Both the position numbers and the translations under genes were made by a program. Below, piece after piece: positions 25,282 through 38,722 of a DNA stretch of 64,000 nucleotides (position 1 is its first letter; each line of letters starts with the position of its first letter). This DNA comes from Camelus ferus. Lineage: Eukaryota. The DNA lies in contig NC_045704.1 of assembly GCF_009834535.1 (NCBI RefSeq), positions 51,646,001-51,710,000 on the forward strand. Reading direction: 5' to 3'. The notes beneath the pieces were generated by a model. That model did no database searches. It was not told the origin of the DNA and saw nothing but the letters and a program-made list of their open reading frames with translations.

Positions 25282-25470
25282 AGGGCAGAGGTTAGGGCTC
25301 TGGTCTTGGCAGACATGGGTTCAAATCCTGGCCCTGTTATGTGCGGATTGTGTGACCTGAGGCACGTTTCTTAACTTCTCCAAGTCTCATTTTTCTTCTT
25401 TGTTAAATGAGAAAACTCATTTGATAGAGACAAGGTGTCAATACAGCACACGGTACCCACTTAGCTATTT
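25282..25470 (+). mobile_element. MIR SINE
   Basis: gggttcaaatcctggccctg...tgtgacctgaggcacgtttcttaacttctccaagtctcattttt. Confidence 0.8.
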
Positions 25471-27330
25471 TTAATTGTACTATTGGAAAGGATGTTAGAC
25501 TGTCCAGCATGGATTTGAGGAGGAAGTTATTCAGATTACATAAGCATACTTGTTCTTGCACTTTTTTCTGCCCTGTCCACCCTCAGGTTAAATTGGGGTT
25601 ACAAGAACTCCAGTTTCAAACCTGGAGCGAGGTATATGGATCTGAAAGTTAATGCCCTTGTGCACAACAATGACCCATTTCCTCCAGCATTTCTAAATGC
25701 TCATCTGTAGCTCTGACACCAGTTGGAGCATCCCTTTGTGTTCCCTCCTTGATGATCGATTGCACATGACACCAATGGTGGTCTTGGGGCAGTGGAGGGA
25801 CACACTGCTGCCTCCAGTTCTCTCTCATGAACGTCTAGACCACAGTCAAGCTGTGTCAGGGGTCCACAGATGCCCTGGATGTCAGAGAGCTGACAGCAAG
25901 TTCTATCAGGCTGTCAGCCTGTCTTCCGAACACCTTGGTTTTTAGAGCTGGGGCTTCATTGTTTCTGACAAGAGGAGGAAGGCGGAAGACTTCTTTGGAG
26001 ACTGGAGAGCCTGGAGGCTACTTCCTAGGGAGGTGACAGTCCTGGGCTCAGCATGATGTTGGGATGCACTGTCAAAATAAGAGTCCCAACTTATGCAAGG
26101 ACAAGTCTGCATATTTTCAGAAAGCCGTAGTGGTACCCAAGACCATCCATCAGGGGAAGCTACCAAGGGCTTTCAAAATCAGGCTGGTTGCTCTTTCCCA
26201 ATAGGAAACTTTGAAAACTCTTTCCAGGGCTGAATGAACCCGAGGGACCACTGAAATAGAGCCATGTATACAGGTGCCCACTCAGTCCTTGGCCTTGGAC
26301 AGCGCATGGATTAGGCAGTCTTTGCCTTGCAAGGACTCCTTGTTCTCTGGAGGAGATGGATAAGCACCTAGACATGGGAACTAGAGTATGGAGCCTGCGC
26401 TCATAGAAGCAATGGAAGGAATTTGGGAGAAAGAGCGGTTAACTCTTCATGGAAAAGGGATGATATGGGAGCAGAATTCTTAAGGATAAAGAGGAGTTTC
26501 CCAGGCTGCCAGGAAAGATGGCACAAAAGCCCAAGGAAAGTATGCAGCTGCGAGTACTGGGTAGGTGGCGACCAGCGAGAATGGTAGGCAGGGCTCTGCA
26601 CGAGGGCCCTGATCTGTCTGTGATGTTGGCTTCACAAGAGTCTTCCCCTCTCTCCTCTCAGCACTACTATTTGAATTTTATTCATAACTCTTTGAATGGA
26701 TAAACTGATGGGTGGATGAGAGCCAAGATAATATCTAGTAGCAGTTTTTTTAAATTGTAAAATTGCAATTTTTCAAATTTTGTGAATTTTAAATACATAC
26801 TTATTATTTATATGTGTGTGTATTTCAGCACAGGAATGTATGTTTTGATTTTTTTAAAAACATGCTGCCGAGGACCTTGCACTCATTATTTTGTATTTAT
26901 AGCAACTCTATACAGTCTAGACCATCATTATCAGCCCATTATGAGATTTAGGACATCAAGGTTTATGGAAGTGAAGTCTGTTATCCAAAACCACGGGGTT
27001 GACCAAGATGGAGATGGAATTCACACTCAGATGGATCCTTCTCAAAGCCTGTGTTGTAAGCCACTAAGGCAGGTCAGAAACGAGGAAGGAGACAGCAGGT
27101 ACAGGTCTCCCCATCTGCTCCTAGTTTCTGCCTACTCACCTATTTTTGGACAAGTGAGGCGACCTTGCTACAAGCTGTCTTTTTCGACAGTACCTGGGGT
27201 CACTCTGGCCTCTGAGAAGCCAGGTGGGCCGTGGGAAGGCAGGGCGAGGGGGCAGTATGCTCCCCGCCAGCTTAGAGGGGTGGGCACGTCACTTCTCCTC
27301 TCTGGAGCCCCAACAGAAGGTCAGTCGCAA

Positions 27331-27377
27331 TAGAGTTGCTAGATTGGCAAAATACAGACTTTATCTGGCAAACCTTA
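27331..27377. mobile_element. Minimal MER3/MER33-like hAT remnant (both termini, interior deleted)
   Basis: tagagttgctagat...aaaatacag...tttatctggcaaacctta. The ends are imperfect inverted repeats resembling the recalled TAGGGTTGCCAGAT / ATCTGGCAACCCTA termini. Confidence 0.55.
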
Positions 27378-28249
27378 CTTCCCAGGGGCCCCCGAGTTCT
27401 CCCACAAGAGTTCTAAACCTTCCAGGGCATTAATTACACCAATGAGGCTGAAATCCTGGATTTGAGGTGATTAAGAGTAGCGTCCAGACAGGAATGCATT
27501 AAGGAGGGCAAATATTTTAAGCCCTAAGAAAGGCGGCTGAAAGGCGCCCTGTACTCTAGAGTCCATCCCCGTGATGAGAAAGTGGCCACGTGCTCAATGC
27601 CAGGACCCGGACCCCCCTCCCCAGGGCCAAGCAGACGCCAGTCTGACTCCCTGCTGCTCAGAGCTCTTCCCCAGCCCCCTAGCATGGACATATAATGGGA
27701 CCCTGAAGCCTGGGCTATGGAGTGGGACAACAGAGGAGGCGAGACCTCCTCTGGCGGAAAGCACATGAGGCAGATGGGGGACCCTATTCATTCACCTAAC
27801 AGACCCTTAGTGAGCACTTACCATGTGCCAAGCAGCATGCTAGGTGTCTAGAATGCAATGGCAAATAAGGAGGTAGGCACATTGCCAAAGATCAAACAAA
27901 TATCTATCCCTATTTTATGTATTTACAGACATGCATATATATCTGTATATGTATATATATCATATATAATAAATATATGGAAAGGATCAAGATGCCATCA
28001 CAGAGAATAGACAGGAAGACACATGGCAGACTGAATCATCAAAGATGACCTCGCTGAGTGGGTGACATTTAAGCAGAGACAAGGTGGCAATTACATGAAA
28101 AGCAAGAAAGAAGCACGTTGCAGGCCTTAGGAATCAGCACACACCCCAGGGAGGAACTGCTGATGGTATTAAGTCATTGGAATAGGATTATTCCCTTGTC
28201 TAATCACAGGGTTGGCTTGCCGAGATCTAGCCTGTTACCCACCAGGCTT

Positions 28250-28721
28250 TGTGGCAGACACCTTGGCTGCCCAGCCATGCACCCCCATCCCTAAGATCAG
28301 TGCACGGTCCCAGTTCACAGCCGGTAGATCCCTGTGGCTCTCCACCTGAGGTCACTTTCTGGTTGGCAACTTGGCCTTGCTTGGGGCAGGCTGAAAGTGT
28401 CTGGGAGTTCATGCCCCTAAGAGCATCCTCAACAAGTGAGGGACAGAGGTTGAGGGATAAATACCAGCGCTTCCCCCATCCTTAATGGGAGAATTATGAG
28501 GTGTGTTCTACATGGTCTCTCAGAAGGTCCTCGCTAGAGATGAGCTACAGGAGGTCACTGGGGTAAACCACTTCATAGACTTCCCTCCCCACCACCCCAC
28601 CACCAACTGCCCCACCAGCCACCATCATACTTCATCTTACTTCCTGGAATCAATTTCCAAATAAATCACGTGCACAGGTATTTTCATCTTGGGGTCTTCG
28701 TTTGGAGAAACCCTCTGAACA
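28250..28721 (+). mobile_element. ERVL solo LTR, LTR16A-like
   Basis: Starts tgtggcagacacc and contains ggataaatacc, gaggtgtgttctaca and ttccaaataaatcacgtgcac (AATAAA at 28660-28665). Confidence 0.8.
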
Positions 28722-29724
28722 AGGCATTCATGATCAGCCAAAGATTAACTCAAGCACCCCTCCCCACCAGCTCCTGCCCACCAACATCTTCATCTCCAGC
28801 CATGCTCGTCTGTCCCTCTTCCCCTGTCAACCACGCACATTTCAACCTGACAGTATGCTCGCTGCCCTTATTTCTCCGCCTGGCAAATTCCTATTCATCA
28901 TTTAAACATCACTTTCCTTTGGAAGCCTTCCTTGTTCTTCCAGCTCTACGCCCTCAACAGTGTATTACAGATAACACCTTCACCAGAGTGCATCCATCCA
29001 TCCATCCAACAGATATGTATCACTGACCTCCATATGCTGGGCACTAGCATGCTGCAGTTGTCCACGGGTCTTCCTGTCTAGATTTGAGCTCAGAGTGGGT
29101 TTTAGGCACCTCTCTGCTTCCAAAGCATAGAGCAGGGTCCAGGTGGAGTGGATGCTTGACAATTGTTTGATCAAATTAAACTGATGAACCTCATCTGTTC
29201 CAGGCAGACAGCATCTGCTTAATGAAAATGAGGTTCTTAATTACACAGAGAAGGATAAATTTATGAAGCACAAGGAATTATAAATGAGTATGTTCTCAGC
29301 ATGCAAACTACATGTAGACACAGTTTCATTACTTAAAAGAGTTTGTAAGCTACTGAGCCAGGGACCACGTTTGATTTCCCAACACCAAAATGTATTCTTC
29401 AAAGCAGAAACAGTCCTCAGTTATCACTCTGGACCACAGAGTCTGGAATTCCTGCTGTGCCTCCCAGATCTTCTCTATAGAACTATACAAAGCTGTCTGA
29501 TCTTATAATTTTATACTAGCAGGGGTGCCATATAAAATACAGGGTGTAACCTATCTATTGGCAATGTCTCCTAAGGATTAAAATAATCAAGGAGTTAGCC
29601 AAACAGTCGGCCAGTCTGTATTCAAACACTGAGCATCTACAGTTTGTCCAACAACGTGCTAGACACAAAATATGCAGTAGCAGATAAAACAGACTTCGAC
29701 TCTGCCATCTGAAACTTACAGCCA

Positions 29725-30150
29725 AAGATCTACGTACAAAGATGTTCACTGAAACATGGCTTATAATAATACAGCATTATAATTTCCTATGGGATAGAGG
29801 TTGGTTGAAAGGAATTACAGTATATCACACAACAGACTATCCCTCAACCATTCAAAATAATGATGTGAAGGGATTTTTCGTGGCCCATGCACATGCTCTT
29901 CATATAAGCTTAGAAAGAAAAACAGTAATAATTAGGGTACGCAGTGGTCTTCAGTGTGATTACAATTCTTCAGACAACCAAATATTGATCAATACAAGTT
30001 GGAAAACTACTGGAACAAAATGAGCCAAATTATGTGGAGTATTTACCTCTGAGATATGGCATGATGACTGACATTTTTATCATTTTCTGTGTTTTCCAAA
30101 TTTCATTCTTTACAAGGACATCAACATGTGTTGCTTGCATAATAATACTT
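29725..30150 (+). mobile_element. Old L1M (L1MC/ME-type) 3' end
   Basis: acaaagatgttcactgaaacatgg...ttacctctgagatatggcatg...tttctgtgttttccaaattt. Confidence 0.6.
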
Positions 30151-30756
30151 TATTAAAAAGAGCTTAGTAGAAATCAGAGTAGATCCTTCAACTGTGAAGC
30201 GTGGTATTTCATCCTCTTGTGTATCTGGAGAGCTTACTAGCATGTTTAGTTTGTGCTAGGCTTGGGGAAAGAATAGCTTCAATTTTGCCAAAAGCTTTCT
30301 GGGAATGAGGGAGCAGACAGGAAAGCCCGGAGCTGTGAGTGGTTTATCTTGATGAGCTCTTTTGTTGACTGCAACCTATAACTATTTAGTGGCCAAAAGC
30401 AGGGTGTGGGGGAGACAAAAGCCAAACTAGCCCTTGGTCTCTCTGTTCCCCATGCTTCTCACAGGCAAACCTGCAGTCTTTGAATCAGGCTGCCCTGATG
30501 CTTTGCCAGCAACACACCTCCAACCTTGGCAGTGATGGACCCCTGTGTACACTTGAATTTTGCCCCAACTGAGGATACATATCCTTCCTGGCCATCAGAG
30601 TGTGGGCCCGAGAGCTCTAAAATGCATCACAGCATGCAGTACAAGTTGCAGGGAGGGAAAGGAGCAGCTTACATTGAAGCTGTTGCCCACAGAAGACTAC
30701 CTATTTATTGAGCCACGCAGGAAATTTGTCTTATGCATACCAGTAAAAAGAGCCTG

Positions 30757-31000
30757 TTAATCCCCAACCCCTAATTAACAGACACACATTACTATCTCTA
30801 AAATCGATATACAACAAGGACCTACTTTACAGCACAGTAGGTCAATTTCTTGTAATAACCTATAAGGGAAAAGAATCTGAAAAGAAAGAAAGATATATAT
30901 ATGTATGTATATGCATAAATGAATCACTTTGCTGTACACCTGAAACTAACATTGTAAATCAACTACACTTCAATAAAATTAATCAATTAATTATTTTTTT
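30757..31000 (+). mobile_element. Cetartiodactyl-type L1 3' end with 5' micro-inversion and 13-bp target-site duplication
   Basis: The body matches the L1 tail at 3617-3887. The TSD taaaaagagcctg lies at 30744-30756 and 31001-31013. Bases 30757-30776 are the reverse complement of the L1 segment upstream of the body. Confidence 0.85.
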
Positions 31001-33887
31001 TAAAAAGAGCCTGATCGGAGCACTAAGGGGTTGTGAAATCAAGTGGAAAAACCAAGGAGACAGCAGAATGACTGTCTTCACTTTCAGAGATATTGAACAA
31101 TATGAGATGTGGCTATACTGTGGTTGTGAAGACCTCTGCAATTCTCTCGACGTTTTTAGGGTTATCTTGGTCTTTTTGATCCACTCAAGTGTGCCACTCG
31201 AAATTCTGTGACATCAAAGTAGGCTGCGAACACAGAAATATCTAGAACCACCTGCGCTCAAGTGGAGGCAGGTGGTCCCACAGTGCCACCTTTAAGAGGA
31301 CCTTCATCCTTCAGGCCATTGTCCACTGGACCATCACCCCATCTGCCAAAGGGAAGAGTTGAAGGGACTGAGCATGATGAGGCTGGAAAAAAGGAGATTC
31401 AGGATGCCAGAGCCACATAACAACAAGGAGTATGAGACACATGAGTCTGTTTTTTCGTGTGCCATGCCTTCTAGGAGCAAAATCTACAGGGGGTGACCCA
31501 CCACACAATAGAAACAAGACCTTTAGGACCATTAGAGCTACCCCCAAATAGAAGCTGGAAGGTAATTGTTCTCCATGTCTAGCTCACAAGTTTTCACCCT
31601 GGAAGTATACAGGAGTGACTGGATCAGGCTTCCTACACTAGGTAGGAGATTAAAATAGATGATTGGAGCAGATTTTTAGGTCTTAGGAATCTCCAAGGCT
31701 ATGCTTTCAAAGCTCCTCCGGCGGCCCTCTTCTTGTCCCACCATTTGTCATCGCCTGGTCAGAGATCTGGCTGCAGGAACAGGAGTCAAAATCCTTAACT
31801 ATCCTACTAGCTGGTGCCAGGCAGGATGCTCAGCCCTTTATAGGGTCACCTCCTTCACTCCTCACTCCCACCTCGAGGAGGGCACTGTTACCACACACGC
31901 ATGTGAGATGAAGGTTCTGAGTGCTCACAGGACCTGCCCAATTCCAGGTGGCTAGTCAGTGTAGTCAGGGGTGGCCCACAGGCCATCTGTGTCCAGGACC
32001 TGCCACTTAGGATTTCTAGAACCTGGCAGAGTGTGTGGCACAAAGTGTGCATGGAGCACACTGATTCATGTGCACGGCATTGATTTATGTCCACTGCACA
32101 CCCATTTTCACTGAACAGAACAATAAATAAGTATGTAAAATAAATGAGACAGTGAAAAGGATACCATGAATGGAACATGGCATTCCCTTACTGAGATGTG
32201 TCAAAGAAGGAAAAAAAAAAAGTGAAGAGATTTTCATTCATTCATTCATTCCCACATTTCATGAACACCTGCATGCCTGTTGCTATGCAGGGGCTCCAGA
32301 TGAAGAGGTGATTCAAGGCACAGTGTTGGACCTGGTGGTGTCAGTGTTTAAGTAAGGGAGGTGGCTGATAAAGAAGATTAAGAGTGAAATAACTTTCCAC
32401 TTGATGCATTTATGAAGAAGTCAGTTAATTGGAAGGTTTGTTGTTAATATGAAATGGCAGGACAGAGCTCTGGGAAGTGAGTTGCTCTTTCGAGAGGGCA
32501 AGTCTGAAAGGTAGAAAAGGTCCAGCAGACAGGGCTCGACATCCCCATGGGAATTCCTATCTGGAGATACTGCACTTTCGTTCCCTGAAGGACTGAATCT
32601 TAAAGGTCCTCTCACCCAGAAGCATCCAATGCCACCTTCCAGTGGTGATGGGCCCTGCACCGCCGCCCCATTCAGAACCTCGGCCGAGGGAGTTGAAGGT
32701 GCAGAAAGAGTCCGGAGGTCTGATCCCTGAGGGCTGGCAGGGGACAGCAGGGACTTCACGCCCAGGGCAGGGGCTTTCCTATGAAGGTGTTGCTCGTATC
32801 AGAAGGGGCTGAAACCAGGGTCAGCGCTTGGTCCTGTCAAGAGGCCTGGTTAATGAGGCGCCGTCAGGGGACAAGGACACTCAGAAAAAGGCACGAAGGC
32901 AGATGGCTGAGTTGTGAAAACCATCATCCCAAGCAAGGGCACTTACTTCCGGCCAGGCTCTGTTACACATGGGTTTCACAAATCTTTGTGGTTAGGATGC
33001 AGAGAAGATGGATGGAAGTAGAGGAAGTGAGCTTTGACTGCCTAACCCCACTTTATGCTTGATCCTGTGCACAGCTTTCTCTGTCTATTTAGCACATACA
33101 CATGGGTATCTTTATCCCCACTTTAGAGATCAGGCTGTCAGCTCAGAATAATTGGACCACGGTCCCTCAGGTGATGAGTGGTAGATCAAGGGTCAAAATC
33201 CAAGTCTCACAGATACCTACACCTTTGCCCTCCTCTCCCAATGCCCACCCCCCTTTCCTTGACTTGCTATTAGGGTGGCCACACAATAACAGGTAAGGGG
33301 ACCCAATGTGCCTCGGGCACTATTTTATGCCCTTTGAAGGGGCAAAGTTAATAACAGCATCCCCCCTCACTCTCAGAGTCTTCCAATATAGATGATAAAT
33401 TACATGATCACCCTACCTAACAAGTTTTCTGTTGAAATAGAACACATTTATTAAAATCACAGCTCCAAACTGTGGGTACAAATTATAATTTGGCTGGAAA
33501 TGTGAATCCGGCATCCCACGATGCAAATGTAATCATCCAGGAAATGTATCCAGATGCACTCCATGGAAGGCAGCCAGCTTGGAAGTGGCTCTGACCCACC
33601 ATGATTTAGAGCCCCACGAAGGGGACTTGTCCATCTGGTAGCCTGGACTGGCTCCCTGGCCAGGATTCCAGCCACTTGGTTCCTGGAGTCCAATTCTCAG
33701 GCAATGTGGGAGTCTCTGGGTGATGGGTTGTCCTGTGGCCACACGTGGTCTCTTTTGGAAAACAGTCCTGATGAGAGACAAAGACTGAGGATGATCCCCA
33801 CAAGGGCTGGTTAGAAGAGTTGTCATGCACAGTTGGGCAGGCTGTCTACTGCACAAAAATACTCAACCCCTGGGGCAAGCGAGGGAT

Positions 33888-34389
33888 GCTGTTCTGTCTT
33901 ATTTTATGAGATGGTCAGTGAGATGTGGCCACAAGAGGAGACAGAGGAAGGCTCCAGAAAACAAAATTTATTATACTCTCTAGTCCTAGAGACAGGAGGC
34001 ACACTGCATAGGGAAAGACATCAGGGTGGTTAGGAGACAGAAAACAGGAGTGGAGGAAGGGGGAGACTTTATTGGGGTTTCTGTGGGAAAAGCAAGGCAG
34101 GGCAGAGTGGTCAGTGTAGGACTGGCTATTTTCAATAATTTCAGTGGGGGTTCAGATGGTCTCCACTTGCCTGGTATCTGGCACTGGGATGATCAGGCAG
34201 ATGAGTACTGTCTGGGGGTATGTGTGGACCAGAGAGAGGAGGGAGGGCTCCAGACTGGTTAGTGTGCACATCCAAGACTGTACTGCTCCCAGTGGAGTGC
34301 TTGGTCATTGAATTGGTGAGCCCAGAAAGGGGCTGTCTTTCCCCAGCCAGAAAGATTTTTTAAGATGTCAAAACACCATATAATAGACA
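33888..34389 (-). mobile_element. ERV solo LTR, MER68/MER77/MER21-like
   Basis: The reverse complement begins tgtctattattatggtgttttgacatctt...ctggctggggaaagacagcccc, matching the recalled 5' end of this LTR group. Confidence 0.65.
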
Positions 34390-34837
34390 GAAAGCTTTAA
34401 ATATTTACCATACAGATGCACACATTCTGGTTGCCAAGGCTCACAGCTGTGCCTGCTCAGTGGAGGCAGGGGAGTGGGGAGTGGTGGCCCCAAATCAAAG
34501 CCTTCCCACTCAGCTACCTGCCCCACAGTTGACAATCCTAAGTCCCAGCGCACCTGAGAAAAAGCTACTTCACCTGGAACCAGGAGGCAGAAGATAATAA
34601 TGCAGTAGGTACATTCTTGAGCATAAGAAGAGCTAAAGAGCCCTGAACGTACTGAGCACTTGCTCTCTGCCTGGCACTGTACTGGCTCCTCCAGTCTGTG
34701 TCTGATCCAAAAACCAACACTCCATTTTATAGATGAGACCAGGGAGTCACAGAGAGATGAAGTATCTTTCCAAAGTCACACAGCCCATCAGTCTGGGAGC
34801 AAGGTTTCCAGTTCGGGTCTGCCTGACCCAAAAGGTG

Positions 34838-35730
34838 CTCAACATCACTAATCATCAGGGAAATGCCCATCAAAAGCCCGATGAGATGTCACCTACGCCT
34901 GCTGGATGGCTATTATCAAAAAGACAAGAAACAGTAAGTGTTGGCGAGGATGTAGAGAAAAGGGAACCTGCATACACTGTCAGTGGGAATGTGAATTGGT
35001 ACATCCACTAGCGAAAAAGGTATGGAGGTTCCTCAAAAGATGAAACACTGAACTACCATGTGACCCAGCAACCCCACTCCTGGATAGACATAAAAGAACT
35101 GAAAGCAGGATCTTGAGGAGATACCTGTGTTCAATGCAGCATTATTCACAATAGCCAAGACATGGGAACAACCTAAATGTCCATCGACAGATGAACAGCT
35201 GAACAAAATGTGGTACAGATGATGAAATATCATTCTGCCTTAAAAAAAAAAAAAGGAAATTCTGCCCTTGGTACAACATGAATGAACTTGGATGACATTA
35301 CACTAAGTGAAACAAGCGAAACACAGAAGAACAGACGCTGCCTGATGCCACTTATGTCGGGAATCTAAAATAGTCAAACTCACAGAAGCAGAGAGTAGGA
35401 TGGAGGTTACAAGAGGCCGGGGGAGGGGGGGTCCAGGAGGTGTCTGTCAAAGGGGGCACAGCTTTGTTATACAGGATAAAGTCCTGTAGATCTGCTGTAC
35501 AGCACAGTACCTACAATCAATACTTACACTTTTGTGAAGAGGGTAGATCTTCTGTTACATTTTGTCGCCAAAAAAAAAAAAAAAAGAGGGAAGAAAGAAA
35601 TTTTACAGGTGATGGTTAAGTTTATGGCATTGTTCAGGCGATGTTTTCATCGGTACAGACTTATCTGCAAACTCGTCAAGATGTATATGTTCAATATGCA
35701 CAGCCTTTTTCTGTATAAGTGACACCTCAA
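34838..35730 (+). mobile_element. L1MA/MB 3' region (ORF2 C-terminus remnant and 3' UTR)
   Basis: tgctcaacatcactaatcatcagggaaatgc...gaggatgtagagaaaagggaacc...ttattcacaatagccaaga...aacctaaatgtccatc...gacattacactaagtgaa. Degenerate, with no intact ORF. Confidence 0.92.
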
Positions 35731-37399
35731 TTTTTATAAAAAGTCCGAACTCTCCTTTCCCCACCTGAAGAGCTGATGTGGTAGGGAGAGGATCAGGACT
35801 TGGTTTTTTACTCCCGTGTGTTTAAGGCTCTCTTCAGAGCCAGCCTGCTTTGGGTCGTGTTCTGAAAAAAGGGCCTCGCTACAGTCTGCTTCCCTCAGGC
35901 CCCACCTCAGTGTCCCTCCCATTCTGACTTAGGGCTGCCTCTTCAACAAAAATATGGCAAGCTGTCGGACCCTCTAACATACCATGAAGTAAAACTGGAC
36001 TGGCCACCCTCCCAGTCAGAGCAGAAGGCGGAGCTGTCACCAGTGCATCATCCCAGGAGGTCCCAGGGCTCCCTGGACCAAGCCCTAGGAGACGCTTTGG
36101 GAAAGCGAGAGTCACCTCTCTCCTGCCCTCTGTCCCAAAGCTGTCTGGGTGACGACCGGGGCTTAGGAAACCCAGCTGTGCTGAGACTAGGTGTTTCAGG
36201 CACCATGAGGGGAGCTGGGCTCATGCTGGTCAGTGGGAGTCATTCTGGCCAAACCCCTTCAAAAACACATCCCTCTGTCCCCACAGGGGACCAGACCGGA
36301 TGCTGGGAAGGTGGCCTCTGTGGGCAGGAGTCCACGTGTGGGAGGGCCAAAACAGGGCAGGCATCCACCCAGCTCAGGAGCATCCACAAATGGCCTTAGG
36401 AGGAACCAGTGTCACCATTTAACCGTGATACAGCTCTGGGGGCTCTTTGAGAAATGTATTTCTATGCCCAAACCTATTTTATCCAACGTTCTTCCTATAT
36501 TCCTCCCCCTGTTATGACCCACCTCCTACCCTTCTCCCCACTCCATGTGTATTGTTAAAAGAAAAACAAGCAAATATTTACTCTTGGCCAGCCCATAAAT
36601 TTCCCCCCATCACTGATGTTAAGTTGTAACTGCCAAAGGGATGTGGGGCAGACCTTGTCCGCATCCAAGAAAAGGATAAAGCAAAGAAGATGGCTGAGCC
36701 ACAGCCAACACCTGCCTCCCAAGCCCCCCGCCTTTTCTAGAAAGGGCACACATGCCAGTCCCAGCCCTCAGCCACCCCCTGACCCCGTGGGTCTTCTCTG
36801 ACCACCTCGCTCTTTGCTCACCAAACGTGTCTCTCCAGTTACTTCATCCATTCAACACACAGCAACTGAGACCTACACCCAGGGACACACCGCAGTGGAT
36901 AAAGGCAAATACGATGTGGTCCTCCCTTTAAGGAGTTAACAGGCTAGTAGGAGACACAAAAGAGATTTTGAAAAAGGAAAAGTGAGAGACAGAGGAGGAA
37001 GAGGAGGGAGGCAGAGAGAAGAATCAGCACAGAATGAAAGACGGTGGAGGAGTGATGTGTGTGAGTTTCAGGGCAAAGCAGGAGATATTAACTCTGCTGG
37101 GGACCTCCAGGAAGGCTTCCTGGAAGAGGTGGCTTTGGAAGCCTGCTTATCGAGCACCAGCTCCAAGTCATCCCTGATGAATCACATCACACATGCCTCC
37201 TCCTTGGACCCACACCTGACCTTGGGGTCGACATGGAGACGTGGAGTAGACATGATCATCTCTGACTTAAAGAAGAGAAATGGGAAGCTTAACCAACTTA
37301 GGTAACAGCTCTGGAACGGAAGCAGGGATGGGGTCTGGGAGCTCTAGCTTGTTCTGCAGCCTCAGCTGTGTCTCAGTTCTGTTTTGTTGCATTTGTCAG

Positions 37400-37630
37400 G
37401 AACAGAGAAGCTGGGCTTAGTGACAAGGAGGCTGGGGTTTAAATCTCATCCCTTCCTGTTGCTAGTACTTAGCCTTTCTGAGCCTCAGTGTCCAGTTTCT
37501 GGCAAATAACCTCGATCTTTCTGAGCCTCCATTTCTGAGCCTGTCTTCCTGATGGGTATATGATGTTGGGAGGGGGAAACGCAGCATGCGTAAGGTGCCT
37601 GGCACAGTCCTTGACAAAGAGTAACGGGCC
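37400..37630 (+). mobile_element. MIR SINE
   Basis: ggggtttaaatctc...ctttctgagcctcagt...aaggtgcctggcacagt. Confidence 0.65.
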
Positions 37631-37714
37631 ATTAAGAGACGGTTCCCCTTCCTTCTCTCCTTTTATCCTCCAAACTCACTACTATCCTGCAGCTCGGGAC
37701 ACTGTTTAAGATGA

Positions 37715-37935
37715 TAGATGCTGGAACCAGGCCATGCAGGGTTCAAATCTAGTCTCTGCCCTTCCTGTGTGACTTTGGGCGGTTACATAACTTCTTTGTG
37801 CCTCAGTTCGTTCTTCTGGAAAATGAGGATAAAACAGTACCCTCCTGGTGAAGGTCGGGGTGCAGATCAAATGAGCTGTTGTTCGGAGAGCACAGAGAAC
37901 CCTGCTGGCACACAGGAAGCTCTGTGCAGATGAGG
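37715..37935 (+). mobile_element. MIR SINE
   Basis: gggttcaaatctagtctctgcc...tgtgactttgggcggttacataacttctttgtgcctcagtt...aaaatgaggataa. Confidence 0.82.
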
Positions 37936-38545
37936 TTGGACAAATCAACCTATACTCTCCCTGACTTTGCCCGGCTGCTTCTCCCCAAGTGCCCCTGCAG
38001 TGAGCTCCGCACAGCCTGAGCAGAGGAAAGGTTTAAATGTTCACCTTGCCGTCAACCAATGGGCCAAGCTGTGAGTGGCTGGGAAACCTGGGTGTTCAGC
38101 AGCTTAAATGAAACCACGGAGCAGGGAGGCTGAACTTCTCCAAGCATCCAGAGCTTTAGGACCTGCTAATGGGGACGGTGAGGTCAGGGGTGATGGTTAT
38201 TATCTCTCCTTGCATCTCTGACTCACAGGAGACTGTTAGTCATGCCCTGATCTACAGGATCCCACGTACTAAACCCACAGGTTCTGACGTCAACCTCAAC
38301 TAGGAAGGGAGGAAATGGATTACGGTCAATGCCGTAACTCAGATGAAGGAAACTTTACAGAGTGCTGGATCTCAGCATGGGCTGTGCATTCGAATTACCC
38401 AGAGAACTTATTAAGTACATGCTAATAACCAGGCCCTACCCTGGTTTGAAATAAAACATCTGATATGAAGATATTCCGAGCATCCTGGGGGCCTTAGCAT
38501 CTGAACCATGTGGAGTGGAGCGGTGCAGTTAAGGATAAGCTACAT

Positions 38546-38722
38546 CAGTGGTTCTCCACTTCAGCTGCATTGGAATCTCCTGGAAGGCTTGTTAAAACTC
38601 AGCATGCCGGGCCTCACCCCCCAGAGTTTCTGATTCTGCAGGTCTGGGGTGGGGCCTGAGAACTTACATTTCTAACAACTTGATGTAATGCTGGTGCTGG
38701 CACCGTATCCTGAGAAGCACTG
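38546..38722. mobile_element. MER5A hAT-Charlie MITE
   Basis: TIRs cagtggttctc / gagaagcactg. Interior ccagagtttctgattctgcaggtctggggtggggcctgagaac. Confidence 0.88.

Noticed and set aside
26782-27333. 183-aa ORF, the longest in the track
   Set aside because: It starts at GTG, crosses AT-rich and MIR-like sequence, and has no recognisable homology or splice support.
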